Positions 48,984 through 60,423 are shown, numbered from the stretch's first letter. The stretch is 64,000 nucleotides of DNA from Candidatus Limnocylindrales bacterium (GCA_035526025.1 DATLDE010000004.1:13011-77010); one strand, 5' to 3'. Translations and numbers: made by a program. The notes: generated by a model not told the origin, from the sequence alone.

Positions 48984-49706
48984 TTATTTCTTATCTCCTT
49001 TCAGTTTTCCAATTTTTTCAGCTACCTTGTAGCTTCTGCACATTTTATCAGTTCTGTCTTTTGGTGTATCAAATTCAATTATCACACAATCCCCTGATGG
49101 CACATTTGACTCCGGTGAAATAATATAGTTTTGAGGATTGGATAGTTTCTTTTGAGAATAGTAATTCTCCTTATCTGTAGTAAATACAAATACCTGAACC
49201 TCACCTGCGCCTGATTCCAGACACCCATCCCCGTTTTTCGCCATTAGAAATCCTTCATTAACAGGAATTGTAAAGGAATTAGGAGACAATTCTCCTCCTA
49301 TTACATTGAAGAAATTACCAAGGCTCGCGTCCGATCTATTCATGACTACTCCCTCCAGATGAATCCTTTTGTCACTGTGTTCATGGAATGTTGAGGTGCC
49401 TATTTTGTTACTCAATCCCTTCGGATCCCGGATATTTACCTCCTTACCGCATTTGTAAATTTCAAAATCAGTGTGCCAATGAACTGGTCCGCTACTTGAT
49501 GAAGTCACATTTATGTAAACTGTTGACCCAGCCATCACCAATGTGGGAATTAAAGTGACCATTACTATGGTTATAAAAATCAACTTCTTATTTTCATCAA
49601 TTATCTTTGTTGCTCTTAGTGAATATGCAGCAAGCAGCGCAAGCGAAACTGTACCAAAAACCAGAAGATAAAGAGAGTAAGTATTGAGCAGGTTTTCTAT
49701 ATTCAT
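48984..49706 (-). CDS. 2-TM protein with His-rich putative metal-binding domain
   Basis: VHWHTDF...FHEHSDKRIHLEG. Confidence 0.7.
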   Translation of the reverse strand: MNIENLLNTYSLYLLVFGTVSLALLAAYSLRATKIIDENKKLIFITIVMVTLIPTLVMAGSTVYINVTSSSSGPVHWHTDFEIYKCGKEVNIRDPKGLSNKIGTSTFHEHSDKRIHLEGVVMNRSDASLGNFFNVIGGELSPNSFTIPVNEGFLMAKNGDGCLESGAGEVQVFVFTTDKENYYSQKKLSNPQNYIISPESNVPSGDCVIIEFDTPKDRTDKMCRSYKVAEKIGKLKGDKK

Positions 49707-49747
49707 TGACTTTAGTCCTATTATTAACAATAACTCATGTTGTTGTG

Positions 49748-52462
49748 TTATTCAATAGCAAGAGTATTTTCTCTGAGTGCTGGAATCTTATTTAAGAGTG
49801 ATTGGATAAATTTGAAAACTATCCACAACAACCCACTAACTGCAAATATATACACCCAATCAAGCCAGTCTGTCCCTTTGATTTCAAAAAGTTTTGCCAG
49901 AAATGGAGTATAAGCAATTAGAAGCTGAAGAGATAAGGTTACAACAATTGAAAAGAGTAACCACTTGTTGGAAAAGAAAGAGGTTTTGTAATCAGATCTG
50001 ATTAAATATAAACCAACTAATTCAAAAACTACTATTGCATTAAATGCTGCGCCTTGTGCGTCAGCAAGCCCTCTGGGTAGATCAATCACATAAATACCAA
50101 GAACTCCAATGGTTAACAATATACCAAAAACTATCATTTCAGCCCACAACTTCTTGCTAATTATCTGACTTTGGAAAACCTTGGGACTATAACGCATAAT
50201 CCCTTTCTCGGCCGGATCAAGGCCCAGAGCGACTGCTGGTATACCATCGGTTACGACGTTTATCCATAGAAGCTGGATTGCAGTTAAAGGTAATTTCTGA
50301 AAAAGCATCACTCCCGTAAATACAACTAACACTTCCCCAATATTGCACGAAAGAAGATAATCAACAAACTTACGGATATTGTGAAAAATACCACGCCCTT
50401 CCTCAATAGATGAAATTATTGTTGAAAATTTATCATCAAGAAGTACCATGTCTGATGATTCTTTAGCAACATCTGTTCCGGTTATTCCCATGGCTATTCC
50501 TATATCTGAAGCTTTCAGAGCTGGAGCATCATTCACTCCGTCTCCTGTCATTGCGACAATATGACCCTTTTTCTTAAGAGCATTAACGATACGCATCTTA
50601 ACGCCTGGATTTACTCTGGCGTAGATACTAACCTTTTCGACTATCTCGCTGAACTTCTCATCAGTCATTTTTTCCAAATCTTCTCCGGTCAAGACTTCCC
50701 CAACAATACCAATTTCGCGCGCAACTGCTTGAGCGGTTGCTCCATGATCACCTGTGATCATTATCACCCTGATTCCTGACTGCAAACAGCTTTGAATAAG
50801 TGGCTTCACTTCAATTCTTGGAGGATCTATCATTGCCTGAATACCCAAAAATGTTAGTCCCTGCTCAAGTTTTTTTGCGTCTTGAACCTGCACGTCGTAC
50901 TCTTTCTTTGTTAAGATTTTGTACGCAAGGCCCAAATTGCGTAGTGCCAGGTTTGAAAAATCTAGATTTGTTTTAACAACTTCTTCCTGATCCGATTTGG
51001 TCATATTTGCTTCTTTTCCTTTTTTGAAGATCTTTTCGCATTTAGTAAGCAATATTTCCGGGGCGCCTTTGGTAAAAACCAAATATTTATCTCCTTCTTT
51101 TACAACAACGCTCATCATTTTACGTTCTGAGCTGAACGGTACCTCCATCAACCTTTCCGGCTTTTGCGTAATCCCAGCTTTTGCGGCACTCACCAGCAGT
51201 GAAGCCTCAGTTGGATCTCCCAATACCTGATCTTTATTGCTGATTGAAGCATTATTGCAAAGAAGTCCTGCCTTAAGAAGTAAAGATAATTTAGCACTAT
51301 CAACTTTTTTACCATCTTTGGTAAATTTCCCAACCCGTTCATAACCAATTCCTGAAATATCAATTATTTCTCCGTCAAAATATATCTTTCGAATAGTCAT
51401 TTCTCCTTTCGTCAGGGTACCAGTTTTGTCAGAACAAATAATATCAGTTGAGCCAAGCGTTTCAACAGAGTTAAGCTTTCTAACAAGTGCATTTTTACGA
51501 AGCATTCTTTGAGTACCAAGAGCTAGAGAAATTGTAACAACAGCGGGTAATCCCTCAGGAATTGCCGCAACAGCCAACGCAACTGCTGCGATGAATGAAT
51601 GGATAATTTTGTTAAGAGGAGTCAGGCCTTGAAAATCACGGGCAAAAAAATAGATAAAAATAAAAACAATCACACAAATTCCCAAAATTACATATCCAAT
51701 CACCTTGCCAATTTCATCAAGCCTTTTTTGAATAGGTGTTTCTTCATCTTCAACGAGAGATACATCCCTCGCGATTTTTCCGATTTCTGTTCCATCTCCA
51801 GTTTTGACAACCACTCCAACCGCGCGCCCGGAAGAAATTGCAGTTCCTGCAAAAATCATATTTTTTTGATCATTAATTTGAAGATTTCCTGTTAAAACAC
51901 CTGTTATTTTCGAAACAGGCACCGACTCACCCGTTAATGAGGCTTCATTTACGCTCAGGCTAAATACCTCAAGCAGGCGAATATCCGCCGGAGTCTTGAC
52001 GCCTTCCTCCAGAATAACAATATCCCCAGGCACTAGATCTGCAACATCAATCTCTTTTTCAATTCCACCCCTTCTAACCTTAGCCTTGAACGCAAGTAGC
52101 TTTTTCAGTGATTCAATTGCTTTTTCAGCCTTGAATTCCTGGACAAAGCCAAGTATTGAAATCATCAGAACAATTCCGAGTATTAATCCGGCTTCAACCA
52201 AATCAGAACTATCATGTTCTCCAAAAAAGTATATAAATAGTATCAGGAAAGCTGATCCGATCAGAATAAGAGTCAGCGTGTTCTTGAATTGCCCAAGATA
52301 CATTGACAAGGCTGAAATTCTTTTTTTTGCAGTGAGCTTATTGGGGCCAAATTTTCCTAAAGCACTTGAAGCCTGGCTTTCAGATAATCCTTTATCACTT
52401 GTCTGAAAAAGATCAAAAACTTTTTCTTTGGTCAATGAATAAATTTGGGCAGTATCAGGCAT
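49748..52462 (-). CDS. P2-type cation (Ca2+-like) P-type ATPase
   Basis: TGES, PEGLP, DKTGTLT, KGAPE, TGDGVNDAP, LWINVVTD. Confidence 0.95.
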   Translation of the reverse strand: MPDTAQIYSLTKEKVFDLFQTSDKGLSESQASSALGKFGPNKLTAKKRISALSMYLGQFKNTLTLILIGSAFLILFIYFFGEHDSSDLVEAGLILGIVLMISILGFVQEFKAEKAIESLKKLLAFKAKVRRGGIEKEIDVADLVPGDIVILEEGVKTPADIRLLEVFSLSVNEASLTGESVPVSKITGVLTGNLQINDQKNMIFAGTAISSGRAVGVVVKTGDGTEIGKIARDVSLVEDEETPIQKRLDEIGKVIGYVILGICVIVFIFIYFFARDFQGLTPLNKIIHSFIAAVALAVAAIPEGLPAVVTISLALGTQRMLRKNALVRKLNSVETLGSTDIICSDKTGTLTKGEMTIRKIYFDGEIIDISGIGYERVGKFTKDGKKVDSAKLSLLLKAGLLCNNASISNKDQVLGDPTEASLLVSAAKAGITQKPERLMEVPFSSERKMMSVVVKEGDKYLVFTKGAPEILLTKCEKIFKKGKEANMTKSDQEEVVKTNLDFSNLALRNLGLAYKILTKKEYDVQVQDAKKLEQGLTFLGIQAMIDPPRIEVKPLIQSCLQSGIRVIMITGDHGATAQAVAREIGIVGEVLTGEDLEKMTDEKFSEIVEKVSIYARVNPGVKMRIVNALKKKGHIVAMTGDGVNDAPALKASDIGIAMGITGTDVAKESSDMVLLDDKFSTIISSIEEGRGIFHNIRKFVDYLLSCNIGEVLVVFTGVMLFQKLPLTAIQLLWINVVTDGIPAVALGLDPAEKGIMRYSPKVFQSQIISKKLWAEMIVFGILLTIGVLGIYVIDLPRGLADAQGAAFNAIVVFELVGLYLIRSDYKTSFFSNKWLLFSIVVTLSLQLLIAYTPFLAKLFEIKGTDWLDWVYIFAVSGLLWIVFKFIQSLLNKIPALRENTLAIE

Positions 52463-52527
52463 AATCTAATCATACTCAAAGTTGATTACGGTTGACAAGA
52501 TATCAGGTTGTGTTATAGATTATATAT

Positions 52528-52710
52528 ATGGGTATATTTGGAATGGGTCCTCAAACAGACGAATCAGGTCACAAATGCGAACATTGCGGTAAAACAATAA
52601 AACCAGGCGAACACTTCACAAAAGAAGGAAAAAAATATTGTTGTGAAAAATGTTGTGGAAGCGTTGATAAATCCGCTAAAAAAGCTGCCAAATCCTGCGA
52701 ATTCTGCTAA
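52528..52710 (+). CDS. Small Cys-rich metal-binding protein (metallothionein/TRASH-like)
   Basis: CEHC...YCCEKCC...CEFC; 8 Cys in 60 aa. Confidence 0.7.
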   Translation: MGIFGMGPQTDESGHKCEHCGKTIKPGEHFTKEGKKYCCEKCCGSVDKSAKKAAKSCEFC

Positions 52711-52766
52711 TAAAACTTCGAAACAATTTCCCTAAATCCTAGATCATTGATGATACAATCAAAGTA

Positions 52767-53333
52767 ATGAAGGAGATATTCTTATATTCAAGCAGCATAT
52801 TTTTTGCACTTGCATATATATCATATATCATCTCTATATTAAGGGGACGTACCAAGCCACACCGTACAACAAGATTTGTTGTTTTAGTTGTTGCTAACAT
52901 TACCACCTTATCACTAATTGCACAGGATAGCTCTGTCGCTATTTGGATTGCCTCTATTGCTACTATATTTTCATGGATTGTCTTTCTTCTTTCGTTAAAA
53001 TATGGCATAGGAGGATGGTCAAAAACTGATATTGCCTGCCTAATAATTGCTCTTTTGGGAATTTACGTCTGGAAGATTACCAATAATCCTCAGTTAGCAT
53101 TTTTTGCTTCCATTATTGCTGACTTTATCGGTATGCTACCTGCATTTATAAGAACTTACCGTCATCCTCGCACAGAAGGTATTGGCTTCTACGCTATTGA
53201 CGCAGTTGGTGCAGGATTAAATTTACTTGCAATAAGCGCATGGTTGCCTCAGGAATATATATATCCTCTCTATTATCTATTTTTGGATGCCTGCATGCTT
53301 ACACTAATTTTTAGGCAAAAAATTAAAATATAA
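52767..53333 (+). CDS. Multi-pass membrane protein (PQ-loop-like layout)
   Basis: SILRGRTKPHR; LPAFIRTYRHPRTE; 6-7 TM. Confidence 0.75.
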   Translation: MKEIFLYSSSIFFALAYISYIISILRGRTKPHRTTRFVVLVVANITTLSLIAQDSSVAIWIASIATIFSWIVFLLSLKYGIGGWSKTDIACLIIALLGIYVWKITNNPQLAFFASIIADFIGMLPAFIRTYRHPRTEGIGFYAIDAVGAGLNLLAISAWLPQEYIYPLYYLFLDACMLTLIFRQKIKI

Positions 53334-53880
53334 TCACCGTTGCGATTGCGAAGTAAATAAGAAGACTTAGAAAATCCTGAACTACTGTTGTAAAAGGACC
53401 TGCACCAACTGCTGGATCTTTATGTTCTTTTCTAAGGACCGCTGGCACGACAAGGGCAATAATTGGCGCGATACTCATCGTTGCAGCCATTGCAAATCCC
53501 ACGCTTACCCCAATCTCAACTGACTTAAAAGCAAAAAAAGCAAAAAGAGCAGCCAAAACCCCAAATAATCCACCCATCGCTATTCCCAGAATAAACTCTT
53601 TGAAGAGGTAGTCTAGGAAGTGAGTCCCTTTTTTACCAATATTGCGCACATATACGGTTTGGGTTTGGGTACCCACCGCATCCGCCATATACACAATTAT
53701 CGGAATGAAATAAGTTAAGCCGATATTTCGTGAAAGAAGATGCTCAAACTTAGATGAAACCAGAGTCAACGCGATTCCACCAACAAGCCCAATGACTAGC
53801 CAGGGAAGTCGATGCTCAATCATCAGAGAAACTTTTTCTTTTTCATCATCCTCAAGAATTGGTTCTTTTGAATCTACCAT
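53323..53880 (-). CDS. MgtE integral-membrane domain only (no CBS or N-domain)
   Basis: RLPWL, AVGTQTQT, DPAVGAGPFTTVVQD. Confidence 0.88.
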   Translation of the reverse strand: MVDSKEPILEDDEKEKVSLMIEHRLPWLVIGLVGGIALTLVSSKFEHLLSRNIGLTYFIPIIVYMADAVGTQTQTVYVRNIGKKGTHFLDYLFKEFILGIAMGGLFGVLAALFAFFAFKSVEIGVSVGFAMAATMSIAPIIALVVPAVLRKEHKDPAVGAGPFTTVVQDFLSLLIYFAIATVIIF

Positions 53881-53989
53881 TTAATTATTTCTACCACATC
53901 TTCACATCTATCAGCAAGCAATATCTGTAGAGTATGTATATATAATAGTATACTGGTAATTGTTCAGGAATTTTATTATAGTTAGAAAG

Positions 53990-54811
53990 ATGTTGACTGT
54001 CCCAAAAAATAACATTCTACGCATATCAATGCTGGCATTTTGTTTTGGTATTTTTTGTGCGTCAGCAAAAGTCTCATTTGCCCAATCTTCCAAAGGGCCT
54101 TCCAATTCAGGAGCCGGAACTTTGGGAGTAGCCAGAATTATTGATATTAAAGAAAAAAATGTAAAAGACGGAAGCATCATATCAGTGTCTGAAGAAGGCT
54201 CCATACTTTCAAATGTTGCTTATGATGCACAAGTTCAGGGGGTAGTTGCAAGAGACGCCGGAATCTTGCTAAGTGATGACGGTAGTGAAAATGGAGTTCC
54301 GATAATTTCAGTTGGCAAAGTTTATCTGCTAGTCTCAACAATTGCAGGGCCAATTAAAAAAGGCGATCAGCTTGCAACCACGTCTTTGATTCCAGGAGTT
54401 GGTGTCAAAGCTGTTAAATCAGGTTATGTTCTGGGTCTTGCTCTTGAAGATTTTGCAAGTCCAAATCCAAAAGAAATAGGAAAAATTGCAGTTGATCTAG
54501 ACCTTCATTATTTTAATGCCAAACCAACATTTCCAGGTTCCCTCTCTGACATTTTCAAACTTGTTCTTTTACCAACCAAAGAAGGCCCGACTGCATTATA
54601 CAAATACATTGTCGCGGCAATTGTCGCGATTGGGTCTTTTGTATTGGGCTTTTTGACATTTGGACGTACAGCTGCAAAAGGCGTTGAGGCCTTAGGTAGA
54701 AATCCATCAGCCGGACGCATAATTCATCTTGGGATACTTTTTAATGTTATGATTGTTATCGTAATTGCACTTGCGGGCCTGGTTGTTGCATTCATGATAT
54801 TAAGACTATGA
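53990..54811 (+). CDS. Signal peptide + extracellular beta domain fused to an ATP synthase c-like hairpin lacking the carboxylate
   Basis: Signal ending SFA; GPIKKGDQL...PGVGVKA...VLGLALED domain; hairpin GSFVLG...AAKGVEALGRNP...; first gene of the atp operon. Confidence 0.75.
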   Translation: MLTVPKNNILRISMLAFCFGIFCASAKVSFAQSSKGPSNSGAGTLGVARIIDIKEKNVKDGSIISVSEEGSILSNVAYDAQVQGVVARDAGILLSDDGSENGVPIISVGKVYLLVSTIAGPIKKGDQLATTSLIPGVGVKAVKSGYVLGLALEDFASPNPKEIGKIAVDLDLHYFNAKPTFPGSLSDIFKLVLLPTKEGPTALYKYIVAAIVAIGSFVLGFLTFGRTAAKGVEALGRNPSAGRIIHLGILFNVMIVIVIALAGLVVAFMILRL

Positions 54812-54887
54812 TACTCTGCTTCTTACTATCAAATCAGTTATAAAAAGGGTACAATTAAGTTAACTACTAAAACAAATTTATAAGTTC

Positions 54888-55577
54888 ATGGACACTCTGC
54901 CTTTTCAATTTATTACTCTTTTTGCAAATTCTGCAATCCTGATTTTCGTCTTTTATTACTTTTTCAAATTAAATGCAAAAGAAAAAGAACTTGAAAAAAA
55001 AGAAGGAAAAGTAGATGCTGACTACCACCACATTGTTGATGAAGCACTTGCAAAAGAGAGAAAAATCATTGATGATGCAACTACAGAAGCGGAAAAAATA
55101 ATTACAGATACTGATTATGCATCCACAACTGACAAAGACCAGCTAAATCTTGCCCTAAACAAAATTGTTGAAGATATTAAAAAAGAAACAGCTCAGACAG
55201 GGCATGACCTGATTGATCATTATGCATCAACTCTAAAAGTAATATCTCTTCACTCACAAGAAAATTTCCAAGACGTATCCAAAGAATTTGAAGATAGTCT
55301 CAAAAAACAAATTAGAGACTTTCAAGATGTTGCAAAAACGCTTGAAACAGATCTGCAAAAACAAATCAAAGATTTTCATCAGTCTTTACTTCCAAATCTA
55401 CAAAAAGAGCTTGAAGAATACAAAACTGAACGAATCAAGCAAACTGAAGAGCTGGTAAATACCATAACGCAAAAGGCGGCTGAAGAAATATTTAACAAAT
55501 CAATTTCAATTGACGATCACCAAAAGCTAATAATTGAATCTCTGGAAAAAGCCAAAAAGGAAGGGGTGTTTAGTTAA
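54888..55577 (+). CDS. atpF: Subunit b-like peripheral stalk protein, elongated
   Basis: Single N-terminal TM + coiled coil; C-terminal AAEEIFNKSISIDDHQKLIIESL; position before delta. Confidence 0.65.
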   Translation: MDTLPFQFITLFANSAILIFVFYYFFKLNAKEKELEKKEGKVDADYHHIVDEALAKERKIIDDATTEAEKIITDTDYASTTDKDQLNLALNKIVEDIKKETAQTGHDLIDHYASTLKVISLHSQENFQDVSKEFEDSLKKQIRDFQDVAKTLETDLQKQIKDFHQSLLPNLQKELEEYKTERIKQTEELVNTITQKAAEEIFNKSISIDDHQKLIIESLEKAKKEGVFS

Positions 55578-56132
55578 ATGGAGGGATTGGATCTAACAGA
55601 TTTTTTCCAAACTAAAGAAGGCTCTTTGGATTTTTCAAATCGTCTTGCAACTCTTTCTGAAGAAATATACAAATCTGATTTTAACTTAGAAAAATCTTTG
55701 ACAAACCATTTTGGAATTCAAAAAAAAGATAAATTTATTAGCATACTCAGGACTCACTCTGTAAATACCGAATCGACTTCAGATCTCAAAAAATTTTTAA
55801 CTTTTGCTCAAGAAGAAATAAAAGTTTTTCCAGTTCTTTCCATAAAATTGGCCTTTGATCCAAACGAAAAGATACTCAAAGCGATATCTGAATGGTTTAT
55901 ATTAAACATTAAAAAGCAAGTTCTTCTTGAAATTATTGTTGACCCAAAATTAGTTGCAGGTTGCGATATTAGCTATAAGGGTGAATTTAAGAGCATGTCT
56001 GTTAAGCCCAAGCTTGATCAAATCATAAAAGACGTATTGGCAAATTCTAAAAATAGTACCCCCGCAACTGGTAAAAATAACACATCACCTGGGACTAATC
56101 AAAACTTGGATAATTTCTCCATTGGTAGATAA
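55578..56132 (+). CDS. atpH: F1 delta/OSCP-like subunit
   Basis: EIIVDPKLVAGCDISYKGEFKSMSVKPKL. Confidence 0.75.
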   Translation: MEGLDLTDFFQTKEGSLDFSNRLATLSEEIYKSDFNLEKSLTNHFGIQKKDKFISILRTHSVNTESTSDLKKFLTFAQEEIKVFPVLSIKLAFDPNEKILKAISEWFILNIKKQVLLEIIVDPKLVAGCDISYKGEFKSMSVKPKLDQIIKDVLANSKNSTPATGKNNTSPGTNQNLDNFSIGR

Positions 56133-56141
56133 TACTTTATT

Positions 56142-57605
56142 ATGGATAATCAGTTTAATCATTTTTTAGAAAAAACAGGTGAATACGGAATTGTTTACCA
56201 GGTCAGTCATCCGATTGTTTTTATAGAGGGACTACCAAGTGTCAAAACGCAGGAAGTTATTTTATTTGAATCAGGAGAAAAAGCCGAAGTTTTTGCTATA
56301 ACAAGAGGCAAAATAGAGGCAAGAGTCTTTTCGCACAAACCTATACTTGTCGGAACCAAAGCCACAAGAACTGATCAACTACTCTCACTCCCCGTTGGAC
56401 CTGAGCTTTTAGGACAAACTATAAATCCTCTGGGAGAACCATTGGACCCTAGCGTAAAATTCACCAAATCCAAGGAATTACGTCCACTTGATGCCAAGCC
56501 AATTGGCATTTCAGGAAGACAAAAAATCACAACTCATCTTGCAACAGGAGTTTCACTAATTGATCTTCTTGTTCCACTTGGGAGAGGGCAACGAGAATTA
56601 ATAATAGGGGATAGAAAAACTGGAAAAACCGCCATCTTAATGACGATATTGAAAAACCAGGTCATTGAGGGAAGCATCGCAATTTATGCAGCAGTTGCAA
56701 AAAGAAAAAGTGACATTAAGAAATTGCAGGAATTTTTTATAGGTGAAAAAATTGCAGAAAAAGTAATAATTGTTGCATCAAGCTCTTATGACTCACCAAG
56801 TCTGATTTACCAAACCCCTTATGCTGCGATGGCAATAGCTGAATATTTCAGAGACCAAGGGAAGCACACCTTATTAATACTTGATGACTTATCAACTCAT
56901 GCAAAATTTTATCGAGAACTGTCTCTTCTGGCAAGAAGATTTCCCGGACGCGATTCATACCCGGGAGACATTTTTTATATACATTCCAAACTTCTTGAAA
57001 GGGCTGGTAACTTCAAACATCCAACAGTTGGTGAAGTGTCAATCACGTGTCTTCCTGTTATAGAAATAGTTGAAGGAGATTTTACCGGCTATGTTTCAAC
57101 AAACGTAATGGGTATAACAGATGGACACATTTATCTTGATAGCAATATCTACTATCAGGGGATGCGTCCTGCAGTAAATATTCCGCTTTCAGTTACTCGT
57201 GTCGGTAGACAAACACTAACCAAACTCTCACGTGAGGTCAATAAAACCCTAACTGCTTTTTTGTCTCAGTATGATAAATTATTGAATTTGTCTCATTTCG
57301 GCCAAGAACTCACAGATGATGTCAAAAAAAGCCTGAGACTTGGAGACATGGTTTATAAGTTTTTTAATCAGCCTTACCAGCTTACAGTTCCAGTACCAGT
57401 CCAGCTGATAATTCTGTCAATGATATTGCAAGATTTCATTGAAAATAAGGAGGTACTTGATAAGGTTAAAAAGGGATTAATAAAATCTTACATTGACAGT
57501 GAACAACAAAAACTGTTACTAGATATTACAAAAACTGATGATTTGAATACTTTTAATGATAATGTTATAAAGAATAAAGATGCATTAATGGCCTTAAGTC
57601 AGTAA
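56142..57605 (+). CDS. atpA: F1 alpha subunit (divergent)
   Basis: GRGQRELIIGDRKTGKT; PGRDSYPGDIFYIHSKLLERA; ITDGHIYL; SVTRVG. Confidence 0.93.
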   Translation: MDNQFNHFLEKTGEYGIVYQVSHPIVFIEGLPSVKTQEVILFESGEKAEVFAITRGKIEARVFSHKPILVGTKATRTDQLLSLPVGPELLGQTINPLGEPLDPSVKFTKSKELRPLDAKPIGISGRQKITTHLATGVSLIDLLVPLGRGQRELIIGDRKTGKTAILMTILKNQVIEGSIAIYAAVAKRKSDIKKLQEFFIGEKIAEKVIIVASSSYDSPSLIYQTPYAAMAIAEYFRDQGKHTLLILDDLSTHAKFYRELSLLARRFPGRDSYPGDIFYIHSKLLERAGNFKHPTVGEVSITCLPVIEIVEGDFTGYVSTNVMGITDGHIYLDSNIYYQGMRPAVNIPLSVTRVGRQTLTKLSREVNKTLTAFLSQYDKLLNLSHFGQELTDDVKKSLRLGDMVYKFFNQPYQLTVPVPVQLIILSMILQDFIENKEVLDKVKKGLIKSYIDSEQQKLLLDITKTDDLNTFNDNVIKNKDALMALSQ

Positions 57606-57612
57606 ATATTTT

Positions 57613-58506
57613 ATGGCACAAAAAAATACAATTATTGAAGAACTCGCAGCTCTAAATAGTATCAAGGACTTGGCCGAAAGCTATGAAGAAATTGCTGTTA
57701 CAAAAATGCAAAAAATAAGAGATAAGGTTCTTAAAACTCGTGATTTTTTAACAGGGTTATCTGATGTATTTGTGGATTTAAAATCCTCACACGAATATGA
57801 AATTAAAGAATTAATGGCAAAAAGAAAAAAAGGGGATAAGTCCATTTCTCCTCTTTTACAATCAAATGGTAAAACACTTTTGGTTTATTTATCTTCTAAC
57901 GGAAGACTCTATGGATCTGTCACCCAAAAAACATTTAAATTACTACTTCAGGATTTAAGAAATCCCAAAGAGGGAGAGATTACAGATTTGGTAATCATTG
58001 GTAAAGCAGGAAAAGAAATGTATGAGGGAGCAAGTGTTAGTAAGCCATTTGAGTATTTTGATATTCCCGACGCAAGCGTAGGTGTTGAGCACATAAAACA
58101 GGTCATGGAAAAATTTTTGCAGTATGACAGCGTACACGTTTATTATGGAAAATTTGGCAATGTTGTAAATCAGGATCCGATTTCAACAAGTATCAGCGGA
58201 GAGGATATATTTGAGGCAGAAGTTAAAAGCGCCGTAAAACGCGAAGATAAATTTATTTTTGAGCCAATCCTGGAAAAGATATTTCATTTTTTTGAAACAG
58301 AAATCATGGCCAATCTTTTTAGCCAAACACTTCTTGAAAATCAATTGGCTCGTCATGCATCCCGTGTAAACGCAATGGAGGAAGCATTGGTTCATATAGA
58401 AGATGAGACCAAAAAATTACTCCGGCAAAAAACTCGCATTAAGCATCTTATGCAAAATAAAAAGCAACTAGAAACAATGTCCGGACTGATTTTATGGGAA
58501 GGATAA
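57613..58506 (+). CDS. atpG: F1 gamma subunit (divergent)
   Basis: N- and C-terminal helices; SSNGRLYGS; HASRVNAMEEA. Confidence 0.85.
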   Translation: MAQKNTIIEELAALNSIKDLAESYEEIAVTKMQKIRDKVLKTRDFLTGLSDVFVDLKSSHEYEIKELMAKRKKGDKSISPLLQSNGKTLLVYLSSNGRLYGSVTQKTFKLLLQDLRNPKEGEITDLVIIGKAGKEMYEGASVSKPFEYFDIPDASVGVEHIKQVMEKFLQYDSVHVYYGKFGNVVNQDPISTSISGEDIFEAEVKSAVKREDKFIFEPILEKIFHFFETEIMANLFSQTLLENQLARHASRVNAMEEALVHIEDETKKLLRQKTRIKHLMQNKKQLETMSGLILWEG

Positions 58507-58598
58507 TTTATTGATTTTATATTTAAACAGAACAAAAATAAAAATACATCTTTCATCCCCAATAAAAAGTTGGACACTTTGAAATTAATAATTAATAA

Positions 58599-60077
<1,479 letters not shown>

Positions 60078-60105
60078 AATATCAATACAAATATCTATTT
60101 AATCT

Positions 60106-60423
60106 ATGAAGGTAATAGTCAAAGACACCAATGAAATTCTGTTTGAAGGAGAAGTCGAAAGAATAAGCTCATTCAATGAAGTAGGAAAGTTTGATATTTA
60201 TCCAATGCATGCTAATTTCATTTCTATTATTCTAAAGGAACTAGCCTTATATAAAGACGATAAGCTGGTCAAGGAAATAAAACTAGAAAGAGCCATAATG
60301 AAGGTTAAGCAAGACATTGTAAGCATATTTTTAGGAATTGAGTCGCTAGTAATTGAAGATAAAATGTTAGGGGAGTCACAATCAGAAAAAAATAATCCTT
60401 CTGCAACTTCTGCAAAGAAGTAA
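60106..60423 (+). CDS. atpC: F1 epsilon N-terminal beta-sandwich only
   Basis: LFEGEV...GKFDIYPMHANFIS; polar tail in place of the helical hairpin. Confidence 0.8.
   Translation: MKVIVKDTNEILFEGEVERISSFNEVGKFDIYPMHANFISIILKELALYKDDKLVKEIKLERAIMKVKQDIVSIFLGIESLVIEDKMLGESQSEKNNPSATSAKK

Noticed and set aside
52767-53880. Either upstream membrane protein as the missing ATP synthase subunit a
   Set aside because: One is clearly MgtE on the opposite strand; the other lacks the subunit a RLFGN-type motif and is separated from the operon
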